This document shows positions 27,010-40,208 of a stretch of DNA of 64,000 nt, piece by piece. The position numbers were made by a program, and so were the translations under genes. Source of the stretch: Eledone cirrhosa (Eukaryota); NCBI GenBank assembly GCA_964016885.1, contig OZ024741.1, positions 324,260,001 to 324,324,000 on the forward strand, read 5' to 3'. The notes under the pieces are model-generated. The model was not told the DNA's origin. It saw nothing but the letters and a program-made list of their open reading frames with translations, and did not search any database. Each line of letters starts with the position of its first letter. The stretch's first letter is position 1.

Positions 27010-27318
27010 TCCAGTCCACACTGTAAAATGGTCGTGTAGGTGTCACAACAAAAAACACCCAGTCCACACAGTAAAGTGGTCGTGTAGAAGACATAGTAAA
27101 AAGGCTCCCAGTCCACACTGTAAATGTGATTGGCGTTAGGAAGGGCATCCAGCCGTTGAAAACTAGCCAGAAACAGTTCTATACGAGCGAGACACGGTCA
27201 CCCGACCAATCTAGCCTCAAGTGAGACAAACCCGTCTAACCCATGCTAGCGTGGAAGATGGACGTTAAACGATGGTGATGAGGATGAAGATGATGATGAT
27301 GATGATGATGATGATGAT
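27010..27318 (+). mobile_element. SINE-like fragment with (GAT)n tail and three short upstream tandem repeats
   Basis: ggcgttaggaagggcatccagccg...tggacgttaaacgatg(gat)n; cccagtccacac-type unit at ~27010, ~27058 and ~27107. Confidence 0.55.
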
Positions 27319-28707
27319 ATATATATATATATATCGTTTTTTGAATTTCCTTTGCAAGATTTCTTTTGTCACACATTGTGTGACCTCCTCGGTGACTGAG
27401 TTTTTTCATTTTGAATCTCTGATTTATTCTGTCCTAAAGATGGTGTAGAACAGAACAAAGGAGAGACACAAAATAAAAAAGCCAGTGACTTAGGAGGTGA
27501 CAGAATGTGTGAGGAAAAAGTTTTGACAATATATAAACAAACATCCGAACGGGAAATTTTGTCTGTGAGACCGCCAGGGTATAACATATTCTCAGTTACG
27601 TAACAATAATGAAAACTTAACAAATACCGACTCGATGAAGTTTGGAACGATATTAACATTAATTTCTCCGAAGGAATAAATTTATTCGCTATAAAGAAAT
27701 CTAATTCAACACTTTGACAGTGTTTTTGAAAATAGCTGAACACTAGAGTAGCAATAAAAGAAGACAATATACAACGCAGTAAACGATTGACAGATATTAT
27801 AATATATGTCGTACATTTAAATTTTGTTCAATATAATTCAACATGTCTGGCGGTTGAACGTGAGATAATGTGCCGACATAATAAGAGTTAAGAGAGAGAA
27901 TGAGATTAAGTAATTAATTGGATGAGTGAATGAGTTAGTGGGTGAGTTGGAGAGTGACTCAGTGAATCAGTAGATGAGGAGACGAGAGCTAGAGAATGCA
28001 GAAAAGAGAAGAGAATAGAGATTTAATTTAGGATATAACCGGAAAGTGTTAAGTAATAATACAAATTTTAATTCAATCATATGAAAGCAGATGATGATTA
28101 AGTGCTTTTTCGGCAAATAATGATTATTTCTTTGAAAAAAAAAAAAAATAGCGAAGATGTTTTTCTTTTTCTTTGTATGCTACAAAAAAACAGACAGCGG
28201 GATTTGTAAAATGAAAACGTTTACATCAGTATTTACGAAAAGAAAACATTTGTAGCTATGTTTGCACTGTTCGAAGATAAAATGAAGCCTAGGCGAAAAA
28301 TAAACATAGACTCATTGTACACACAGAAACTATAATTTGTTAAACAAACAATTCACAAGAAATAAATGTGAATAAGAGCAGCATATAATAATATTAGACA
28401 AACAAATAATAATTTATTTAAACACGTGATCCTGCTGAAACAATTAGCATGCACTACTACTAAATCGGTGCAAGATGTCTTCAATTGTATCATATTTATG
28501 CACATAATCCAATAAACTGGAATCATTAAAAGTCATTCAGCCGTTAGATAAAAGAGACACTTCATTGTGTGTGTGTTTGTGTGTGTGAGAGAGTGTCAGT
28601 GAGAGGGAGAGATAAGGGAAAGAGAGAGTGTGTGTGCGAAGGAGACAGCATGTGTGTAGGGTGAGAAGGGGTGTGTGTGTGTGTGAGGGTGTGTGTATGG
28701 GGAAGAC

Positions 28708-28791
<84 letters not shown>

Positions 28792-28965
28792 AGTGCGTGT
28801 GCGAGTGAGTGACTGTGTAGTATGGTTTTTAATGAAAGTGAGTACATGTATGCCTTTCTAAGCGTGAATGTTGCGTGAGTGTGTGTGTTTGTACGTATGG
28901 GTGCGAGAGTGTGACGTTGCACGGCTTAGGGTAAAATATATCCACCATTATTGTGTATTTTTCAG

Positions 28966-29090
28966 GGACGCCATCCTGGTTCCTATAATCAACTGCTTGA
29001 CCAGCATCTACGCAGGAATCGCCATATTTATGGTGGTAGGTCACATGGCCTACGTGAAAGATGTCTCTGTTGAGGATGTTATTACAATAG
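28966..29090 (+). CDS. SLC6/NSS transporter exon (TM7 and following loop)
   Basis: tttcAG|G GAC GCC ... ACA ATA G|GTAGGT; (R)DAILVPIINCLTSIYAGIAIFMVVGHMAYVKDVSVEDVITI(G); 125 nt. I did not find the expected next exon (GPGLAF-type) in the remaining 35 kb. Confidence 0.95.
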
Positions 29091-29662
29091 GTAGGTTCTT
29101 ACATATTCATATTAGGTTCAATCTTTCACGTTATCCTGAAAATTATTTTCAGGGCACACGTGGCAGTGGAATGCTCAGTCCCGTGCAGACTATTTGTTTG
29201 ATGAAACCACTGGAACAATTGTCGTCGGAATCGTTGTGAGTCCAAAACACACATTATTGGGAAGCAATCACTGTCCGATTCGCAATGATGAGCTTCTGGG
29301 TTCGATCATATGTCATCTTTATCATCGTTTTTTTTTCACCATGGTTTTGTGTTGATCAAAATCTAGCAAATGAAATTAACTGGACGCAAGCAATGTGGAT
29401 TCGATGTTTCTTATTGAAAACGTCCAGCTGAGACGGCCATACTGTTTTACGCTTCAAATCTCTGAAATTTATGTTAACGGTACAAGTGCATATGGAATTC
29501 GACGAAGGTCCAACAATTAATATATATTTAATATAGTATTATATCCACATCCTGAATGTCAAAATATTATATATGAAAATTAATAGTGATATTAATTGTT
29601 ACTGCTATTAAGACAATCAGGAGTTGGATCGTAAAATCGTTATTGTCTTGTAGTTACAATCC

Positions 29663-29724
29663 TGGCATATAACAACTTTTATTATCTCGAATTATAGGAG
29701 AAATTTTATATCAGATATTAGCAA

Positions 29725-29810
<86 letters not shown>

Positions 29811-29872
29811 TTGCTAATATCTGATATAAAATTTCTCCTATAATTCGAGATAATAAAAGTTGTTATATGCCA
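29663..29872. repeat. Perfect ~210-nt palindrome: 65-nt unique arms around (TA)n
   Basis: tggcatataacaac...tagcaacca (TA)n tggttgcta...gttgttatatgcca; no arm mismatches seen. Confidence 0.9.
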
Positions 29873-30164
29873 TATAAGTTAACATATAAGTTAACGAGAT
29901 ATCGTTTAAAGGAAATCCAAGTAGAAGTTATGTATATATATATATATATATATATAAGTATGTATACGTACATACATTATTTGTATACAGACGTACAGTA
30001 CTATGTATATATATATATATACATATATGCACACATATATATATGTACGTATGGATTCACCGAACATTTATTATAATGCTCGATGTGTTTGTAAACAAAC
30101 ATCCCGTATTAAGCCGTAGTGTCTAGCAACCATCGTTGCTCGTTTGTTCAACACTGACAAAGGA

Positions 30165-30207
30165 ACGCTGGACTAGTTTCAAGCTTATTAGCTATCGTCA
30201 GCAACGT
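30165..30207 (-). ncRNA. Minimal type-I hammerhead ribozyme (GUC)
   Basis: acgttg CTGACGA t AGCT aata AGCT t GAAA CTAG TC cagcgt; 6-bp stem I; palindromic stem III ACTAGT. Confidence 0.85.
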
Positions 30208-30440
30208 ATACCTTCCTGCCAGATGATACATATATATATGTATGTACGTATACATACTCATATTTAAGTAACAGCCGTACTAAGAGTGAGAAATGAAATT
30301 TCGTTTCATTTTTTCCGTTTATCGTTTTCGGTGCAACCGGCCGATTAACCCACTCGATATGCAAATTAGGCTGCTCAGCCGTTAATATGCATAAGGAAAG
30401 TATATACTTTCAGACGTTCAATCATCTGGCAGGAAGGTAT

Positions 30441-30483
30441 ACGTTGCTGACGATAGCTAATAAGCTTGAAACTAGTACAGCGT
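30441..30483 (+). ncRNA. Minimal type-I hammerhead ribozyme (GUA)
   Basis: acgttg CTGACGA t AGCT aata AGCT t GAAA CTAG TA cagcgt; intact core; predicted cut after 30477. Confidence 0.85.
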
Positions 30484-30753
30484 GTCTTTGTCAGTGTTGA
30501 ACAAACGAGCAACGATGGTTGCTAGACACTACGGCTTAATACGGGATGTTTGTTTACAAACACACCGAGCATTATAATAAATGTTCGGTCAATCCATACG
30601 TACACATATATGTGTGCATGTATGTATATATATATATATATATACATACTATTGTACGTCTGTATACATATATGTATGTACGTATACATACTTATATTTA
30701 AGTAACAGCCGTACTAAGAGTGGGAAATGAAATTTCGTTTCATTTTTTCCGTT

Positions 30754-30790
<37 letters not shown>

Positions 30791-30926
30791 ATATATGTAT
30801 ATATGTATATATCTCTATCTATCTATATATTTATGTATCGCTCTCTCTCTCTCACTCTCTCACTCTCTCACTCTGTCTCTCTCTCTTTCTCTCTCCCTCT
30901 CTCTATATATACTGTATATATATACA

Positions 30927-31032
<106 letters not shown>

Positions 31033-31116
31033 GAGAGATATATGAATATACCTGTATATATATGATGTACACATGTCTATGTACACATATCTATGTATGC
31101 ATGTATGCACAAGTAA

Positions 31117-31181
<65 letters not shown>

Positions 31182-32345
31182 TAGTGAAAGAGTGAAGAAT
31201 AACATGGTCAACAGTACAAAAAGGGTTTTATTTACAGTATTAACAATTGTTTCATTGATTAGGTATGTCTAAAGGCCGCTAATCACTCAAACTTGTATCA
31301 CTAGACCTTAAATACAGTATATGCCAAATCAAATCATCGGAATAACTGAAAAATGTACACACGATGTTTGTATTTATACAGGACTAAACATAGAAATACA
31401 CAACGAGCACCAGAAATAACTGAACCGAATACTAATATAAGGACCCCTAGGAACTATAAAAAATCCAGAGATAGGAAATACTTATGGTTCAATCCAATAT
31501 TCAACTCCTATATAAAAACCAAACAACCTTCTGCATTCTTTAAACTAATTGACAAGCACTTCCATAAACTACACACATACCATAGAATCTTTAACAGAAA
31601 AACTATCAAACTATCTTACTCTACTGCAGCCAGCATAGAATCACACATACATAAAAATTAACTATGGAAGAATCTCTAATGAAAATAACCTACATACACA
31701 TACCATAACACCGAATACAAAACACAAACACATAACAACATCATGACCACACACACATCAGAACGCATCACAACAAAACATCAACAAACCTAAATCTCAA
31801 CCCATACATAACAACATACAAAACCACAACGGAGAACCTGCACACAGGAAGGCCTCCAAATGTAACTGCCACTTACCGGATAAGTGCCCACTACAAAATA
31901 GATGCCGGGAATCAAATATATTGGACCTGTGTACTATCAATTCGGACAACTTAGCATGGCACTACATAGGTTCTACGGCTGGGGAATTTAAAAAAAGATG
32001 CTATGTTCACAGACATTCTATGAAGAACCGTAGACTAGAGAACCCAACAACGCTGGCTTATAAAATATGGCAGCTTAAAGACACAAACGAAGAAAACAGG
32101 ATTAGCTGGTCAAAATTATCGGGAGCAAAGGTCTACAGAATTGGAATGTCCCACTGCGGACTTTGCAATATGGACCTGTTCCATATTTTAAAGTATGACA
32201 AAATGCTGCTTAACAGCAAAATAGAACGATCAATTTTCTGTAGGCACAAAGCAGCTACTAAATTCGCAAATTTCAAACCAGCATGATTCGATCCAACAAT
32301 CCCATAACTCAAGCTGAACTACCCGGAGTCTATTATAATATCTAC

Positions 32346-32532
32346 AAGGGCGGTGGATTGGCAGTATCGGTAGAGGGTCGGACGCCATGCTTTCCAGCAT
32401 AGTTACGTCCCTTTACGATCTGAGTTCAAATCCCGCCGAGGTTGACTTTGCCTTTCATCCTTATGGGGTCGATAAAATAAAGTACCAGTAATGCACTGGG
32501 TAATTGCTGGCCTTGTGCCTAAAGTAGAAACA
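32346..32532 (+). mobile_element. Full-length tRNA-derived SINE with 14-bp target-site duplication
   Basis: TSD attataatatctac at 32332-32345 and 32533-32546; A-box-like head, gagttcaaatccc B-box and Nin-domain-like core; nested in the PLE 3' UTR. Confidence 0.92.
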
Positions 32533-33070
32533 ATTATAATATCTACCTACCAACCCACTATTATTAACAGACCAACTAATCACTAAATCAACATCATTAA
32601 TCTCCCTACCTTTCTTTCACTCTCACTCCCTAAAGCTATTTCACCTCTTCCCTTGTATTCTATCCTGTATCTCTTCACCTTTCACCTAATTTCGAATTTA
32701 TTAATTTTATCTTTCATCTTCTATTTATTATTATTTTGTTCTTCCTATTCTAACCTTCTGTGATTTAACCAATACATATGTATATATTTAATATTTATTT
32801 TCATATTAATAGTATTTATACCCTCATCGCATCTTTATACTTACTCACCACTATAACTTTAACCACCACCACCACCATCACCACCATTATTATCAACAAT
32901 CGTATTATGTTCATCTTTTTTCACGTATATATTTTTTTAACTTATTTTTTATCATCTTCATTCTAATTTCTTTAATATTATTTTTCATTTTTCATTTTTT
33001 CTTTCTTTATTATTGATGTTGTTATTTGAATTCTCCGTTGTATAAATTCAAACACCGTGTGTAAATGTTT

Positions 33071-33184
33071 CAGTTATTCCGATGATTTGATTAGGCATAT
33101 ACTGTATTTAAGGTCGAGTGACACAGCTTTGAGTGATTAACGGCCTTTTGTCATTCCTAATCAAGGAAACAATTGTTAATACTG
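33071..33184 (+). ncRNA. Type-I hammerhead with CCGATGA core and 60-nt stem II insert (inverted copy at 31235-31348)
   Basis: tatt CCGATGA TTTGATTAGG [60 nt] CCTAATCAAG GAAA C aatt G TT aata; GUU triplet; palindromic stem III ACAATTGT. Confidence 0.7.
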
Positions 33185-33370
33185 TAAATAAAACCCGTTT
33201 TGTACTGTGGACCATGTTATTATTACCCCAAGAATGACCTGCATAGGATTCCCGAGAACTCGGTATCTAGCTAAGGAAACCTCTTGTTGAGTCAAACAAC
33301 GCCGTACATTAAAACTATCCACAACACTTACAACCTCTAACTGGATTACTTGTAACGATAATTTGTTATC

Positions 33371-33429
<59 letters not shown>

Positions 33430-33431
<2 letters not shown>

Positions 33432-33616
33432 GAAGGAAGTGTGGTAAGGAACCAGGTGCACCATAACGCACCAGAGTAATCAATACTTTGGGTAGTAGAG
33501 TGGGTAATAGGAAAATGTTCAAGACCAGGCGGCAGAGCTAAGCCATTTCGACGGCTATTTCTGGACAGAAATAGCCGTTGAAATGGCTTGAGCTCTGCCG
33601 TCGGGGTTTTGAACAT

Positions 33617-33621
<5 letters not shown>
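33430..33621. mobile_element. Solo folded-back pLTR ('family X') in (TA)n
   Basis: Family X sequence inverting at tttct-gga-cagaaa (~33558-33571). Confidence 0.8.
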
Positions 33622-33652
<31 letters not shown>

Positions 33653-33677
33653 TTATATATGGATATACATATATATA

Positions 33678-33750
<73 letters not shown>

Positions 33751-34007
33751 GGACTATGTGTAGGCTTCTACATAACCTGGACATTTTTTTCCAAATTTGT
33801 AGAAAACTTATAATGAAACGATCGTTTGGAAAGAGAGATGTATTTTAATTATGTCTCCTATAAAATAATACAACTGGCTATCCGCAAAATACGTATAGTT
33901 AACACCCCAAACGTATAATTGGGATTATACTAAGGTATATCCTAATGTTTGTTGAGTGAGACGGAAGCCGGTCTGAGTATTGCTTAAAGCCTTCTCTGTT
34001 AATGTAT

Positions 34008-34071
<64 letters not shown>

Positions 34072-34074
<3 letters not shown>

Positions 34075-34285
34075 CGGAGGAAATGTGGTAAGGAACCAGG
34101 TGGACCATAACGCACCAAAGTACTCAATACTTAGGGTAGTAGAGTGGGTAATAGGAACGAGTAGGACCCCGACGGCTGAGCTCAAGCCGTTTCGACGGCT
34201 AATTCTGGACTAAAAATGTCCAGAATTTTAGTCCAGAATTAGCCGTCGAAACGGCTTGAGCTCAGCCGTCGGGGTCCTACTCATT

Positions 34286-34290
<5 letters not shown>
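34072..34290. mobile_element. Solo folded-back pLTR ('family X') in (TA)n
   Basis: ~64-nt near-perfect arms (~34151-34215 and ~34226-34290) with a short spacer. Confidence 0.85.
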
Positions 34291-34365
<75 letters not shown>

Positions 34366-36224
34366 GAGGCGGAGGCTCATAGATTGTGTCCCCGAATCAT
34401 TGAGGAAATAGAAGAGAGGATGTTGTGATACATACATACACATATATACACATATTACACACACATTCACATGCAGACATATGATATACATATAGACATC
34501 TGGCGGCGTGTGGTTTAGTGTTTCGGTTGCACAGTTCCTGATCATAATGCTGTCATTTCTATTTCCGGAGCGGAAAATAAGATGTCTTATTTTACATTGA
34601 TCAATGTCCACTCTCCTGTGAAATGACTTGTTATTGTAATTCAAGGAATCAGCCTGAATCGCCACGAGAACTACATTATTGGTGCATGGGTCTGTGGGAT
34701 ATTAATCCTTTTACATGTTAGTTTTATGAGAAGGCATTTCCGTTGATTGGATCAATTAGAGCATTCTTCGTCGGAAATAATGCAGGGTAAACAATATACA
34801 TATATATTTAATTATGTGAACTATAGCCTCCGCAACCTAAATGACTAATAATGGTTTCAATTGTAGGCACAAGTCTAGTAATTTTAGTAAGAATAGAAAT
34901 ACAATTAAATTGACGCAGTACTTGAGTGGTACTTTATTTTATCGTCTTCGAAATTATGAATGGCTAAGTTGGCCACAGCGGGATCAGAGCACAGTGAGTT
35001 GGAATAAATACCGAGTTATCTTTAATCCAACGCCCCACCATTACAGATAATTCGGAGTTTTCAGCAGATTACAGACAGTCAAAATCCAAAATAGCCAACA
35101 CAGATTATCGGAAGAAAAACGTATCCACGTGAATCGAATTCCTCAGCAAAGAATCGGGAGGCGAACATACTTACGTACTACCCACCGCCTTCACTATATA
35201 ACTATATATAAGCCATATATTATAGAGTAATGCCATCTACATAGTTCTCTGGAAGATTCAGCGTGTCTTAATGTGAGAGAAGATTGGCCATTTGAATTTA
35301 AGGTATAACTAATCTTTCTCTAGCTTAGTGAAATGGAAGCATGCGAAACGAACTATTTTACCGAAGGATAGAACACACCATCAGGATCGGAATACCCTAA
35401 ACACTAGCCTACGAACACCCTAACCAATATGAATCATTTTCATGTTTGTTTTGTCAATGTACAATGAGTCTTTAAGACGTCAGATAGAATGGTTTACGAT
35501 ATTCGTCCCACCTCATTGCACACTCTGAGTTCAAATCCCACTGTGGTCAGTTTTGCTTTTCACACTTTCGACGTCGATAAAAAAAAAGTACCAGCCAGGC
35601 CTGTGTTCAGACCTGGAAAGGGTTGGGCTCCGCCAGGTTTAACATTACCTTAGACACGCCGTATAACGGTGCCTCTACGACTCCACAAGGAGTTATGGAG
35701 TATCTTTTAATGAGTGATATTCATGAATGAATTAATTATCGGCTCCTGTAGCCGCACTTTAATATTGTGAGTTGAACACCCTATCCTCTAAGCCACAAGC
35801 CTTCACAGAATGGAACTTTCGGTTTTGGAAAGAATGAAAGATTAAGAGATTACTGACAAACCGGAAATCCAACATACGCGACACAGGTTATCATAATTAG
35901 TAGTCCGGCTTGAATATGATTAATATCTTCTCGGGAGGAAATTTCAAGAAGAAAAATCAATGATATTACGCTGCCCCCCAAACAACCCACCAACTAAACA
36001 CCCATCCACCACCCAAATATCCCACCAACCCACCATCTATCACCCATCACCATTTGTTTTGTTTTGCACCCCTTTATTTTATGTTTATGTTTCATATTTC
36101 AGCTTTAAATGATATTCTTTATCTTTTCTCCTATTCTTAACTCCACTTCTTTTCTGTAACATAATTTTTGCTCTTATTGTTACTGTTGGTTTTGCTGCTG
36201 CTGTTGTTGTTGGTGGTGGTGGTA

Positions 36225-36355
36225 TCTTCTTCTTCTTCTTCTTCTTCTTCTTCTTCTTCTTCTTCTTCTTCTTCTTCTTCTTCTTCTTCTTCTTCTTCTT
36301 CTTCTTCTTCTTCTTCTTCTTCTTCTTCTTCTTCTTCTTCTTCTTCTTCTTCTTC
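36225..36355. repeat. (CTT)n microsatellite
   Basis: Direct reading; source of the spurious poly-K and poly-S ORFs. Confidence 0.98.
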
Positions 36356-38054
36356 ATCACCACCGCCCCTACTACCACCCCTACTACCACCCCTATCACC
36401 ACCGTCCTCATCCCCATGATCATCAACATGAACAATAACAACAACAGCAGCAACAGTAACACCACCATCATCATCATCGTCAATGTCTTCATATTTTTAA
36501 TTAACGTTAGACACAAAGTTTGAAGAAGGATAATCAATTATGCTCTGTGTATGTTTTGGGGTATGTATATCTGTGTGTGTATGTTTATATGTAAGTGTGT
36601 ATATATGTGAATACATGTATGTGTGCGTCTGTGAATCTTAAGTTTATTTTGTCAGTGTTTAAGGGAGATAATAAGAGGGGTAGGAGAGTGAGAGACAACA
36701 GAAAGACATATAGAATATAGCGTGGAAGAGAAAGAGAGAATGCAAGGGATAGAGGGGGAGATGAGAAAGAGATTAAGCAAGGATAGAGGAGGAGATAAGA
36801 AAGAGAGTATACAAGAGATAGAGGGGGAAATGAGAAAGAGAGTAAGCAAGGGAGAAAGAGGGAGATGAAAAATAGATGAGAGAGGAGATAACAGAGAGAT
36901 AGAGAATGTGGGACAAAAAGATGGTGAGAAAGAGAGGGGTTTAGGTATATAGAGAGGATGGACACTGAGAGAGAGAGAGAGAGCGAGGGTAGAGAAAGAG
37001 AGATATATAGAACTAAAGAGTGAGAAAGAATAAATGAAGTGCAGAGGGAGAAAGGGAAAGTGAATAAGAGAATAGAGACAGTAGAGGGAGAAAGAGAAAG
37101 AGAGAATAGTGTAACTATGGGGTGAAAAAGAAAGAGAGAATAGGGAGAGTAGAAGGAGAGAGACTGCAGGAGGCCAATGTATAAATAGAAGTTAATACTC
37201 TTGAATAAAGCCTATAGAAAGGAAATGACGGAAATGAGAGAATATTTGAATTATGGAATCAATGTTAAGAATAGCGAAGACGTCGAAAATGGCGTATGTA
37301 ATTAATATTCTAAGAAGTATTGTCCTTGTTTGACGTTTTGGAACTAACACTAACCATATCGACGTCTGTTGAATCAATTTCCTAATTCTATTATTCATTC
37401 TGCTGTAGTAGCGAGTAAAAGAATAGAGCGCAGAACTGGATTGGTCTGGACTTGACTGGTCTAAATTATTTTCGGGTATTCAGTTACAAACGCTGAGAAT
37501 TGGCAGAATAGTTAGAATGATGAATAAAATACTTGGTGATATTCATTCCAGTTCTATGTTGTCCGGGTTGAAATCGTTCCGAGGTGAAATTTTCTGTCTC
37601 TCTTCCCACTCTCTCGCTTCCTTTCTTAATCCATCTCTCCCACTCTCTCGTCCCCTTCTCTCTCTGTGGAAGAAATCGGTGGTATTCAAGCGTGGAGAGG
37701 CATACTTAAAAATACCTCAGCATTCACTGTATGCAACGACGGCGTATCAACGGCGGCATCAGGACTTAAGGATCCATAGCATTGACTTCATTTACAACAC
37801 TACTGTCACTGAGTTATTCTTATAGTATAGTAACTTAGAAGAAATAATATAGCACTGTGCTGGTGTGGTCTAAATTGTCTTTTTGTATCCGATTATACCC
37901 AGCAATGTTTCAGTTAAAATCCCAACCAAAGCGTACATTATATTACATCCATTCGTTCCGGTAAAAATATATCTTTGCCATCGAATATTGGCTGTCTAAT
38001 ATTGAATACATTTAATATGTTACTATATAGGCAAATACATTCATTTTTTAAAGC

Positions 38055-38153
<99 letters not shown>

Positions 38154-38154
38154 G

Positions 38155-38205
<51 letters not shown>

Positions 38206-38387
38206 ATGTGTGTGTGTGTGTGTGTGCGTGTAAACAACATGATATGAAATGTTTAGAATTATCGATTTGGGGCGTTGAGTGTATATGTATTTCATAGAAG
38301 TGTAAGGAACCCAAACGCAGAAATAGCTATAACACAGCTGGCTGCTATTAATGATCATAGCATAAAGAATTGAATAAAAGAACCCTT

Positions 38388-38473
<86 letters not shown>

Positions 38474-39319
38474 AGGGGACGAAAGTGAGAGAACGTATAG
38501 CGTTTGACGAGATGGGGGAGGGAGGGAGAAGAAAAGAGGGACAGAGAGGGATAGAAAGTGTAGAATGTGACGAAAAATGTATTGTCATGAGTAACAAAGG
38601 TATAACATGGGAGAAAGGCACATTCGAATATCATATGCAGACAAAAACAAACAATAGCGTCAATGATAATTACATCATTAGCTTTCTACTAACCACATGA
38701 TTTCGCATGGTAAGAGAGTATCATGACAAAAGTAAAGAAGGGAGCAGTTGGAAGGAGTACGGTCTGGAACGCTACAGGTAGATGATGAGGCAGTCTTGTC
38801 TTCAAATGAGAACAGAAGAAGCAGTAGTGAAAGTAGCAGTAAGTGGGAAAGTGTGATGAGGAGCACCGTCCTCCATCTATTATAGAAGTCTAAATGGCTC
38901 ATTATATGTAAACAATATTTGAAATGTATCTTGTCGACCGATATGTTCTACAGCTATTTCTGCGTTTGAATAACTTACACTTCTATGAAATATGATCATA
39001 GATACATATACATACACACATACATAAATACATCCATCTATCCATCCATCCATTCATCCATACATACATCAACCCCCCCCCCCCACTCTCAAGCGTGAAA
39101 CTAATGTTAACATTTTGTACTGCCTCTTCACTCCCGCGTTGTTGTTTTTTTGTTTTTTGTTTACTGTCTCAACTATAAAATAGATACATACATACTTACA
39201 TACGTACATATATACATACACACATAATTTGAGAGGTCTTATACACATACATACATATACATACACACATACATAAATATATCCATCCATGCATCTATCC
39301 ATCCATCCATACATACACA

Positions 39320-40200
39320 CATCATTTGAGAAGTCTTGGCAAGTATTGGCTCAGGCCATGTCTAACTTAATAGCATCTCATCACCTGGTGAAGTCTTTCA
39401 GATCATGATTCACATATCAGTCATGTTTTGGACATCATGGCCCATTCTAGTAAAGAGTTTCCGAAGGCATATCTAGTTGCAAGGGGTTTCTCCAGAATTA
39501 CTTGGAGCAGTTTATTCAGGCACATTTTCAATTGTATGTGATCTATTTCCGTTTCAATCTATTTTTGTATGATATTAATGAGATCGAAACCAGTTGAGAT
39601 GAAATAGTTGTTTAGTAGTCATGTTATGGGATATGTGTTCGATTTTTTTAGTGGGCATAGCACAGGGATTAAGTCTTTGGTGAATTTTAAAGTTGATGAC
39701 AGCATCATTTGGGTAGTGTTGTTGGAATATTTTCCCCATCTTACAGATAATGTAGCATTCACTACGTCGTTGTAGAGAGTAGAGTTTGGGTTTTTCTAGT
39801 CGCCCCTATAGTCTTGCTTTCTATATATTTTTTTATTACTGCCCTCTGAGCTGCTTCAATTTTCATAACAATCTGTTTCGTGTAAGGTAACTACGGTTGT
39901 TTACAGTATTCAGAGTGGGGACAGGAAAAGGTAGAGGAGAGAAGGATGAATATATTTCGACCAGAAAGTTATTAAAATCCAAGAACACATCCTGTGGGCC
40001 ATGTCAAGTTTGTTGTTTATGTAAGTACTCTAGCTTAAGTTGTTCTGAATACTCGCTTCACGGTCTCTGATTTTGTTGGATGCCACGAGAGTTTCAGCTG
40101 GGGTAAGAGAATATGGTAACTTCAGTGCATCCTTGTTTCAAAAGTGGATTATGGTGCGTTATGGTCCATCTGGTTCCTTATCACAATTCCTTCGTTATAT
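39320..40200 (-). mobile_element. Heavily decayed PLE fragment with family X pLTR piece at ~40144-40200
   Basis: Weak minus-strand remnants (LKLS-like motif, GIY-YIG-like region) plus a clear tggtgcgttatggtccatctggttcctt...cttcgttat pLTR end. Confidence 0.45.
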
Positions 40201-40208
40201 ATATATGG

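Larger units (their letters stand above)
29953..30755. mobile_element. Non-coding hammerhead-bearing ~434-nt repeat family (retrozyme-like), locus 2
   Basis: Inverted piece ~29953-30225, then a partial tandem: direct repeats ~30230-30322 and ~30664-30755 (ttaagtaacagcc at 30264 and 30698, period 434). No credible ORF; (TA)n on both flanks. Confidence 0.85.
31199..33222 (+). mobile_element. Penelope-like element 3' portion (Hydra-type) bounded by inverted pLTRs
   Basis: KYLWFNP, IKLSYS, CNCHLPDKCP (CxCx5C), HYIG...FKKR and HCGLC. 31199-31380 is the diverged reverse complement of ~33040-33222. Confidence 0.88.

Noticed and set aside
27010-27125. Three spaced cccagtccacac repeats resembling a CRISPR array
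   Set aside because: The intervening sequences are mutually similar (tandem duplication), the context is eukaryotic, and there are no cas genes.
27369-27870. 132-aa minus ORF or possible DNA transposon relic
   Set aside because: No motif I can support; too decayed to call.
32346-32532. tRNA gene suggested by the A-box and GTTCAAATCCC
   Set aside because: Box spacing too long, no cloverleaf, followed by SINE core, tail and TSD, and multi-copy.
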